This document shows, in pieces, positions 19,954 through 27,428 of a stretch of 64,000 nt of DNA (position 1 is the first letter of the stretch; the number at the start of each line of letters is the position of its first letter). A program made the position numbers and the translations under genes. Below the pieces are notes generated by a model. The model had not been told where the DNA came from. It ran no database searches and saw only the letters and a program-made list of their open reading frames with translations. The DNA lies in NCBI GenBank assembly GCA_937148845.1, contig CAKZRW010000031.1:22038-86037 (forward strand), given 5' to 3'. Source of the stretch: an uncultured Actinomycetes bacterium (GTDB lineage: Bacteria > Actinomycetota > Thermoleophilia > RBG-16-64-13).

Positions 19954-21039
19954 GTGCAGCTGGAAGAGCTTGAGTTCCCTCTGCCCGAGGAACTCATCGC
20001 CCAAGCGCCTGTGGAGCCACGCGACTCCTGCCGTCTTCTCTTTCTGCCGGCCAGAGGGCCGATTCAACACCGTATCTTCCGGGAGCTTCCCGATCTTGTA
20101 AGACCCGGGGATTGCCTTGTATTCAACGATTCTCGAGTGCTGCCGGCCAGGGTGACTGCACACAAGAGTACCGGGGGTAAGGTGGAGCTCCTTTTCCTCA
20201 AGCGTCTGGGGACCGCCCTTACCGGGAAGGGTGAAGCCTGGGAGGTACTCGCCCGGCCCTCGCACCGGTTGCGCGCCGGTCAAGAGCTGGTCCTTGCCGG
20301 CGGGGAGAAACTCCGCCTGGAGACCGCCATCGGGGAAGGTCGGTGGTTGCTTGCAATCCCTCTTGGAAACTCGGGCCTCGCGCTCATGGATACGTACGGG
20401 GAAATGCCGCTTCCTCCGTATATCCGTCGCAAACCTAAGGATCCCTCCGAGTACCAGACCGTGTACGCGCGCCATCCCGGCTCAGCCGCTGCCCCCACTG
20501 CCGGTCTTCACTTCACGGAGGAGCTATTGGAGCGGTTGGACAGACGGGGAGTGAGGCGGGCGTTCGTGACCCTGCATGTGGGGCTCGACACCTTCCAACC
20601 GATCCGGGAAGCCCTGGTAGAGGAGCATGTGATCCACAAGGAGGACTTCCACGTCACAGCTGATGCGCTACGGGTCATCCTGGAGGCCCGTGAGAAAGGA
20701 GGACGGGTCGTCGCCGTAGGCACCACTTCGGTCAGGGTGCTGGAGACACTTGCCAAAGAGGGCAGGCTGGACGGTACCTCTCGCGTGGAGGACGTGCAAG
20801 GAACAACGGGGGTTTTCATAACTCCCGGGTATCGTTTCCGGGCTGTGGATGTCCTTATCACCAACTTCCACCTCCCGCGAAGCACGGTGCTTGCTCTCAC
20901 CATGGCTTTTGCGGGAGTCGAGCGTTTGCGTGCTGCTTATGCGGAGGCTGTGGCGATGCGCTATCGCTTCTTCAGTTGGGGAGATGCCATGCTGATAGAG
21001 CCTGCGGAGGCTGACCAAGGCGGGGTCGGCCGTGCGTGA
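19954..21039 (+). CDS. queA: S-adenosylmethionine:tRNA ribosyltransferase-isomerase
   Basis: Full-length QueA homology (LPEELIAQAPVEPRDSCRLL, PGDCLVFNDSRVLPAR). GTG start. Confidence 0.9.
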   Translation: MQLEELEFPLPEELIAQAPVEPRDSCRLLFLPARGPIQHRIFRELPDLVRPGDCLVFNDSRVLPARVTAHKSTGGKVELLFLKRLGTALTGKGEAWEVLARPSHRLRAGQELVLAGGEKLRLETAIGEGRWLLAIPLGNSGLALMDTYGEMPLPPYIRRKPKDPSEYQTVYARHPGSAAAPTAGLHFTEELLERLDRRGVRRAFVTLHVGLDTFQPIREALVEEHVIHKEDFHVTADALRVILEAREKGGRVVAVGTTSVRVLETLAKEGRLDGTSRVEDVQGTTGVFITPGYRFRAVDVLITNFHLPRSTVLALTMAFAGVERLRAAYAEAVAMRYRFFSWGDAMLIEPAEADQGGVGRA

Positions 21040-22171
21040 ACTTGACGGTATCCCCGACTTCCCCTTTCGTGTGGTCGCGACCGACGGCAAGGCCAGGGCC
21101 GGTCTTCTGGAGACACCCCGGGGCATCGTGGAGACACCCTGCTTCATGCCAGTCGGTACCAAGGGAGTGGTTAAGGCCGCGCATCCCCAGCAACTCAGAG
21201 AGGCCGGGGCCCAGGTCATCCTGGCTAACACCTATCACCTGGCGCTGCGACCAGGGAGCGAGAACGTGAGAAGACTGGGCGGCCTACATCGCTTCATGCA
21301 GTGGCACGGGCCCATACTCACGGACAGCGGGGGCTATCAAGTGTTCAGCCTCCGTGACAGCGTGAAGATAGACGACGACGGGGTGGCGTTCCGGTCGGTC
21401 TATGACGGGTCTCGTCAAGTCTTCACGCCAGAGAGGGCGATCACGGAACAACGCAACCTGGGAGCTGATCTTGTGATGTGCTTCGACGAGTGTCCGCCCG
21501 GGGAGGCCACCTGGGCCCAAGTGGCGGCTGCGGTGAGGCGGACCTCCGAGTGGGCCCATCGGTGCAAGCGGGAACACCAAAGATGGGGGGGACAGGGCTG
21601 CGATGGGCCGCAGATGCTGCTTGGCATCGTTCAGGGCGGAGTCTATTCCGACTTACGCACCGAGAGCGTGGGGAAGTTGCTTGACATCGGTTTCCCCGGC
21701 TATGCCATTGGCGGCTTGACGGTAGGGGAGGACCGCGCGGCGATGCTCGAAACGACGGAGTTCACTTGCGGGCTGCTGCCGGCCGATAGGGTGCGCTACT
21801 TCATGGGGATCGGGGACCCCGAAGGGGTCTTGGAGGTAATCGCCAGGGGGATCGACATCTTCGACTGTGTGCTGCCCACCCGGACCGCTCGTATGGGGAC
21901 TGCCTTCAGTAGCGAGGGCAGACTCAACCTCCGCAATGCCGAGCACGCCTCCTCGACCGCTCCCTTGGAAGAAGGTTGCCCTTGTCGGGCCTGTGCAGGA
22001 TTCAGTCGGGGTGTGCTGCGTCACTTGGTCCTGCAGAAGGAGATACTCGGTCTCATGTTGCTTACCGAGCACAACCTGACCCATATGTTCAGGTTGGTGA
22101 CGGCGGCCCGCAGAGCGATCCTCGCCGGCACCTTTGAGAGCCTGCGAAGAGGTTTGTCTGCTCCGTGCTAA
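21032..22171 (+). CDS. tgt: Queuine tRNA-ribosyltransferase
   Basis: TPCFMPVGTKGVVK, the zinc site CPCRAC...H, and a DIFDCVLPTR active-site region. 8-nt overlap with queA. Confidence 0.9.
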   Translation: MRELDGIPDFPFRVVATDGKARAGLLETPRGIVETPCFMPVGTKGVVKAAHPQQLREAGAQVILANTYHLALRPGSENVRRLGGLHRFMQWHGPILTDSGGYQVFSLRDSVKIDDDGVAFRSVYDGSRQVFTPERAITEQRNLGADLVMCFDECPPGEATWAQVAAAVRRTSEWAHRCKREHQRWGGQGCDGPQMLLGIVQGGVYSDLRTESVGKLLDIGFPGYAIGGLTVGEDRAAMLETTEFTCGLLPADRVRYFMGIGDPEGVLEVIARGIDIFDCVLPTRTARMGTAFSSEGRLNLRNAEHASSTAPLEEGCPCRACAGFSRGVLRHLVLQKEILGLMLLTEHNLTHMFRLVTAARRAILAGTFESLRRGLSAPC

Positions 22172-22244
22172 CATAGCCATTCGCACACTTAGGAAGGTCA
22201 GACGCCCGCTTCACAGCGGGTCGGTCCAATAGAAGGAGGACAGT

Positions 22245-22691
22245 TTGTCCAGCTCGGCCGGCATGTTGATCATTTACGTGGTCGCGTTCATCGCCATCTT
22301 CTACTTCTTGGCGATCCGACCGCAACAGAGGCAGCGCAAGGCTCACCAGGCCTTGCTCTCGTCCCTCAAGAGAGGCGACCGGATCATGATGGCCTCTGGT
22401 ATCTACGGCACTGTGAAGCGGGTGGAGGAAAACGTCGTGGTGGTGGAGGTGGCCAAGGGCGTGAACGTCAAGATCGCGCGTCGGGCCGTGGCTGAGATCA
22501 TCCGCGACTCGGCGCAGGCACGAGCCACTGCGCCTGAGCCTGCCTCCCGCGCAAAGGCTTCAGTCGCTGAACTGGAGGCTGCTGAGGCTGAGGAGTCTCC
22601 CGCTCAGGATACGAATGAGCGCGCCACCAGCGGAAGCTCCCCGGAGAGCCCGGCCCCGGAGCAAGACGAATCCAACACCGCCAAAGACTGA
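22245..22691 (+). CDS. yajC: Preprotein translocase subunit YajC, with an acidic low-complexity C-terminal tail
   Basis: FIAIFYFLAIRPQQRQRK...GDRIMMASGIYGTV is the YajC core. Extended to 148 aa. AAGGAGGA RBS. Confidence 0.85.
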   Translation: MSSSAGMLIIYVVAFIAIFYFLAIRPQQRQRKAHQALLSSLKRGDRIMMASGIYGTVKRVEENVVVVEVAKGVNVKIARRAVAEIIRDSAQARATAPEPASRAKASVAELEAAEAEESPAQDTNERATSGSSPESPAPEQDESNTAKD

Positions 22692-22713
22692 CAGTGACAA
22701 GAAGGGCACTTTC

Positions 22714-24132
22714 TTGTCCAAGGTAAGGCGTGACGCAGTCATCCTGATCGTGGTGGCCATCTTTCTCGGGGTGGCCTCGTACTTTGCCTTTCCTCTGAGT
22801 AAGACCCGCCTCGGATTGGATCTCCAGGGCGGGCTTGCTGTCATCCTGGAGGCGCAGGAAAGCGCGGCCACACCTCGGACTGACCAGGCGATGGACCAGG
22901 CGGTCAAGATCATCCAGAACCGCGTGAACAAGCTGGGCGTCACTGAGCCGGAGATCCAGCGGCAAGGCCAGTGGAAAATCAGTGTGCAATTGCCGGGGGT
23001 CGGCAACCCCGAGCAGGCCTTGGCCATAATCGGCAAGACAGCCATGCTCGGATTTTGGGACGTCAAAGATTTCGGCGCCCCGTATGCCAATGAGCAAGAG
23101 GCGTTGGCTGCGGCAGGCGTAGCCTCAGCCGAGGAGCTGCCAGCCAGTGTCTACCTCATTCACTGGCCGGTCTCGGGGGGAAATGTCAGCGATCAATGGT
23201 TCCTTGTCAAGACTCCACCGGCAGTGACAGGGAGCATGCTGACCGGCGCTCAGACCGGTTTCGATCAATTCAACCGCCCAAAGGTCGACATGCAGTTCAA
23301 CGACGAGGGTGCGAAGGTCTTCCAGCAAGTGACCGCCCGCATGGCTCAGATCTCCGAGATCACGGGCGAAGACCAGCGGCTCGCCATCGTTCTAGACGGA
23401 GAGGTGGCCTCGGCTCCTCGGGTGCTCGAGGAGATCCCCAATGGGCGAGCGGAGATCACGGGGCGGTTCACTCAGGAAGAGGCTAAGAACCTGGCCTTGG
23501 TGCTTCAGACTGGTGCACTGCCGGTGGTGTTGAAGCCGGTCAGTCAGAACGCCATCGGGGCTACGCTGGGCAAGGCGGCTCTGGAGCAAGCCCTGATCGC
23601 CGGGTTGGTGGGGGTAGCGCTGATCATCGTGTTCATGGTCGGCTATTACCGACTCTTGGGTCTCGTGGCAAGCGTCGCCTTAATCATTTACGCGGTCTTG
23701 TTCCTCGGCATCCTCAACGGTATCGGGGTGACCATGACCTTGCCCGGCATAGCAGGCATGATCTTGACCTTCGGTATGGCCGTGGACGCGAACGTGCTGA
23801 TCTTCGCCCGCATGCGTGACGAGGTGGCAGCGGGTAAGACGGTGGGGGCCGCCTTCGAGGCGGGTTTCAAGAAGGCGTTTCGGGCGGTATTCGACTGCAA
23901 CATGACCACCATACTCACCGCCATCGTCTTGTTCTGGGCTGCCACGGGAGGCATCAAAGGCTTCGCCCTGACCCTGGGAGTCGGTGTAGCCCTCTCTATG
24001 TTCACCGCGGTCCTGGTCACCCGCTCCATACTCAGCCTGGTGAGCGGTTGGCGACCCTTCCGCAACCAGCGCCTTCTGGGACTCCACGTGCCCAAAGCCA
24101 GGCGCCCGGCTGAGCGAGAGGAGATGGCATGA
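22714..24132 (+). CDS. secD: Protein translocase subunit SecD
   Basis: LGLDLQGGLAVILEA and the conserved C-terminal transmembrane block. TTG start at 22714 with an AGAAGGG RBS. ORF-track 22615 start overlaps yajC. Confidence 0.85.
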   Translation: MSKVRRDAVILIVVAIFLGVASYFAFPLSKTRLGLDLQGGLAVILEAQESAATPRTDQAMDQAVKIIQNRVNKLGVTEPEIQRQGQWKISVQLPGVGNPEQALAIIGKTAMLGFWDVKDFGAPYANEQEALAAAGVASAEELPASVYLIHWPVSGGNVSDQWFLVKTPPAVTGSMLTGAQTGFDQFNRPKVDMQFNDEGAKVFQQVTARMAQISEITGEDQRLAIVLDGEVASAPRVLEEIPNGRAEITGRFTQEEAKNLALVLQTGALPVVLKPVSQNAIGATLGKAALEQALIAGLVGVALIIVFMVGYYRLLGLVASVALIIYAVLFLGILNGIGVTMTLPGIAGMILTFGMAVDANVLIFARMRDEVAAGKTVGAAFEAGFKKAFRAVFDCNMTTILTAIVLFWAATGGIKGFALTLGVGVALSMFTAVLVTRSILSLVSGWRPFRNQRLLGLHVPKARRPAEREEMA

Positions 24133-25235
24133 GGGTCTTTCACTTCATGCGCTACAAGTGGTGGTTCCTGGGTTCGCTGACCGCGGTGACTGTTTTCGCC
24201 TTCGTCACTGTCTTCATCATAGGCTTGGACCTGGGCATCGACTTTGTCGGCGGGGTCCGCATGCAAGTGGGACTGGAATCCCCTGCCAGTGTGGAAGAGG
24301 TGCGTTCCGTCGTACGGGCGGCCGGGGTCCAGGAGCCGGTGGTGCAGTCAGTCACGGGCGCCTCGGCTACCAACTCGTTCATGATCACTGCTGAATCAAT
24401 GGACGAGGCGCAGCAGAAGGCTATCGTGAACAGCCTTCAAAGCAAGTACGGAGTGACTGAGGGGTCGTTAGGGGTAGAGACAGTGGGGGCCAGCTTCGGT
24501 CGCGAAACCACCAACCGTGCTTTTATCGCCGTCGCTATAGCCGTAGTGGTCATCATCGGTTACCTGTCTTTTCGTTTCGAACCGAAGTTTGCGATTCCGG
24601 CCATCGTGGCTCTCATCCATGACGTGGGTCTCACTCTTGGTATCTATGCCGCTGACAACCGTCTGGTGACCTCGGCCACCGTGGCTGCTATTCTCACCAT
24701 CCTGGGTTACTCGGTGCACGACACCATCATCGTGTTCGACCGCATCCGGGAGAACACGCAGTTCATGAAGAAAGAGACTTACGGAGACATGGTGGACCTT
24801 TCCATCCGCCAGACCATGGTCCGCTCCATCAACACCACGATCTGTCTGCTCCTGCCGCTCCTTGCTATCCTGATCTTCGGCGGTCCTACGCTCAAGGATT
24901 TCGCTTTCGCGCTGACTATCGGCACGATAACCGGGACTTACTCCTCTTTCTTTGTCGCCTGTCCTATGCTAGTCATCTGGAAGGAGCGCGAGCCACGTTA
25001 CCGGAAGCGCTTGCTTCAGGTTGAGACGGGGGCAGGGGGTGACTCAGGGGAGGATCAGGGGGCTGCTCGGGCGCCGGTCGCTGTGCTGGCGAGCGGTGAA
25101 CCGATGGGCGCAACCGGGACGGCGCCTACGTCTCCCCGCCAGCCGTCCGGTGCCAAAGTGGCAACCAAAGCAACCAAGAAGGGCAAGCCAGCCAGGCGTC
25201 AAGGGGCCAAGAGTCCAAAACGGCCCACACGTTGA
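24129..25235 (+). CDS. secF: Protein translocase subunit SecF, with a basic low-complexity C-terminal tail
   Basis: SecF transmembrane core (GLDLGIDFVGGVRMQV). ATGA overlap with secD. The last ~80 aa are a K/R/P/A-rich tail. Confidence 0.85.
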   Translation: MRVFHFMRYKWWFLGSLTAVTVFAFVTVFIIGLDLGIDFVGGVRMQVGLESPASVEEVRSVVRAAGVQEPVVQSVTGASATNSFMITAESMDEAQQKAIVNSLQSKYGVTEGSLGVETVGASFGRETTNRAFIAVAIAVVVIIGYLSFRFEPKFAIPAIVALIHDVGLTLGIYAADNRLVTSATVAAILTILGYSVHDTIIVFDRIRENTQFMKKETYGDMVDLSIRQTMVRSINTTICLLLPLLAILIFGGPTLKDFAFALTIGTITGTYSSFFVACPMLVIWKEREPRYRKRLLQVETGAGGDSGEDQGAARAPVAVLASGEPMGATGTAPTSPRQPSGAKVATKATKKGKPARRQGAKSPKRPTR

Positions 25236-25246
25236 AAGGGGGCGTC

Positions 25247-25657
25247 ATGAACGATCACCCGCCGGATGAAGAGCGCCGTGAAGGCAAGGCCGGAGGCGGG
25301 CAGAGCTTCCGCGACCTCATCGAAAAGACCTTCCTCATCGGCATCGGCGCAGCGGCCCTCACTAAGGACCGCATCCAGGAACTGGTGGACGAGTTTGTCA
25401 AGAGGGGGCAGCTGTCAGGAGAAGAAGGCCGCGACATGGTAGAGCGGTTGGCCGCCCGCAGCCGGGAAGAAGCCCGTAGTGCCCTCAAACGAGCGGATTC
25501 TTCCTTCCAGAACGCCATGCGTGAACTCGGGTTCGTCACCAAAAGGGACTTGGAAGACCTGGAACTCCGCCTGCGTCAGCTCGAGCACCGGGTGGCGCTA
25601 CTGGAAGGCACAACTGGGGGTGGAGAAGCCGCCAATGCCGGAACCAGCTCGCCCTGA
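25247..25657 (+). CDS. Phasin-family / PHA granule-associated-like protein
   Basis: FLIGIGAAALTKDRIQELVDEFVKRGQLSGEEG ... LGFVTKRDLEDLELRLRQLE resembles the phasin (PF05597-like) pattern. AAAGGGGG RBS upstream of ATG 25247. Confidence 0.6.
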   Translation: MNDHPPDEERREGKAGGGQSFRDLIEKTFLIGIGAAALTKDRIQELVDEFVKRGQLSGEEGRDMVERLAARSREEARSALKRADSSFQNAMRELGFVTKRDLEDLELRLRQLEHRVALLEGTTGGGEAANAGTSSP

Positions 25658-25715
25658 GAGCCCGGCTCTCGGGCAGGTCTAGGGTTGACTTCGGCAGGGG
25701 CTACGGTCGGCTGTC

Positions 25716-27392
25716 GTGCCCGCTGTCGTACGACACGGAGGGCTACTTACCCGGATCCGGAATCTTGAGCGGATCCGGGTGATAGCGGAGGTCGCAGCCA
25801 AGCATGGCTTCGGCTACCTCTTCGAACGGCATCGTCTCCTGCGAGCGGGGGTGCGGCGCAGACGGCCAGGTGTCCCTGTCGACGCAACCCGGGGCCGGCA
25901 TATCCGTGAGATGCTCGATGAGCTGGGGCCGACCTTCGTCAAGTTCGGCCAGCTGCTCAGTACCCGTCCCGACGTAGTCCCGCCTGACATCGTGCAGGAG
26001 CTCGTGCTGCTGCAGGATCGCGTTTCGCCGGTTCCCTTCCTAGAGATCCGACAAGTCATAGAGCAGGAGCTGGGGCTGCGTCTGGAGCAGGCCTTCGCAC
26101 ACTTCGAAGAGACACCGCTTGCGTCTGCCTCCATCGGCCAGGTCCACGCCGCTGTCCTCCCTGGGGGAGACCGGGTCGTAGTGAAGGTCCAGCGACCGGG
26201 GGCGGCCCGCCAGATCAGGCGGGATGTGGACCTTCTGTTGCAGCTCGCCGAGCTTCTCGAGCATCGCGTGGATTGGGGTTTCTCACTCGTCGGGCTGGTG
26301 CAGGAGTTCTCTCGGGCTATCAACCGAGAGCTTGATTATCTCTTGGAGGCTCGTAACGCCGAACGGCTAGGGCAGAACTTCGCCGCTTCCACTTCTGTGA
26401 CTATCCCCAGGGTCTACTGGCACTACTCGACCAGCCGTCTTCTCACTCTGGAAAGGCTGGAGGGGCCCACTCTGAACCTGCCCGAGCTGGCGGCACTGGA
26501 TCCTGCTCGGAAGAAGGTCCTTGCCGAGACCATCGCCGACTGCTGGTTTCAGCAGATTCTGCATGACGGCTTCTTCCATGCCGATCCTCACCCGGCCAAC
26601 ATCGTGTACCTGGGTGAAGGCCGTATCGGCTTGCTCGACTTCGGCAACGCGGCTGTGGTACGCAAAGAGGACCTGCAGGAGGGTGTCACACTTTTCTTGC
26701 GGGTCATGGATTCCGACATCGCCGGCATCAAACGCTCACTGCGACGTCTGGGGGTCTCTTGGCCCCCGTCTGTCGAGGAAGCGGTGACCCAGTCCATCGA
26801 GGACGGGTTCAGTCGCTACTTCGGCGTGTCCTTGGCAAGCGTCGACGTGCGGTCTCTCTTGCAGCAGACCTTCGACCTGATCTACTCGCTTCATCTGCGG
26901 CTTCCCACTCGGTTCCTATTACTCGATAAAGCCCTGGTGACCCTGGAGGGCGTTATACGCCAGCTGTACCCTGACCTCAACCTCTTCGAGAGAGCCAGGC
27001 GTTACGCTCGCGAGCTGAGATACCAGCGCCTAGACCCGCAGAGGTGGGCGGAGCGGATGGAACGGGATCTGGCCGCCTATGCCTATGTTCTCCGCGACTT
27101 CCCGATGCAACTGCACGACCTCCTAGAGGAGATGCGTTCGGGCGAACTGGAGATCAGATATCGCCATACAGGCCTTGAGGAGATGATCCACCGGCTCGAC
27201 CTTATCACGAACCGCTTGGTGGTAGCGCTTCTTTCTATCGCCCTGGGGGTCACTGGTGCCGCCGTGGCGATCTTGGTGGACAAGGGGCCCCACATCCTCG
27301 GGTTATCCGCCTGGGGTCTCCCGGGTTTCTTGCTTTCGCTGTTCTTCGGTTTATGGCTGATTTACGCGATCATCCGATCGGGGCGCTTGTGA
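25716..27392 (+). CDS. UbiB/ABC1 (AarF) family atypical kinase
   Basis: LGPTFVKFGQLLSTRPDVVPPDIV, ASASIGQVHAA, HADPHPANI and a DFG motif. C-terminal transmembrane helices. Confidence 0.85.
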   Translation: MPAVVRHGGLLTRIRNLERIRVIAEVAAKHGFGYLFERHRLLRAGVRRRRPGVPVDATRGRHIREMLDELGPTFVKFGQLLSTRPDVVPPDIVQELVLLQDRVSPVPFLEIRQVIEQELGLRLEQAFAHFEETPLASASIGQVHAAVLPGGDRVVVKVQRPGAARQIRRDVDLLLQLAELLEHRVDWGFSLVGLVQEFSRAINRELDYLLEARNAERLGQNFAASTSVTIPRVYWHYSTSRLLTLERLEGPTLNLPELAALDPARKKVLAETIADCWFQQILHDGFFHADPHPANIVYLGEGRIGLLDFGNAAVVRKEDLQEGVTLFLRVMDSDIAGIKRSLRRLGVSWPPSVEEAVTQSIEDGFSRYFGVSLASVDVRSLLQQTFDLIYSLHLRLPTRFLLLDKALVTLEGVIRQLYPDLNLFERARRYARELRYQRLDPQRWAERMERDLAAYAYVLRDFPMQLHDLLEEMRSGELEIRYRHTGLEEMIHRLDLITNRLVVALLSIALGVTGAAVAILVDKGPHILGLSAWGLPGFLLSLFFGLWLIYAIIRSGRL

Positions 27393-27428
27393 ACACTATC
27401 CGCTTGTCCCGGTACACTGCACCCTGAG

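Noticed and set aside
25685-25730. TTGACT -35-like hexamer and GCTGTCGT direct repeat upstream of and within the UbiB-family gene start
   Set aside because: No -10 partner is at workable spacing. The repeat overlaps the likely GTG start codon. There is insufficient support for calling a promoter.
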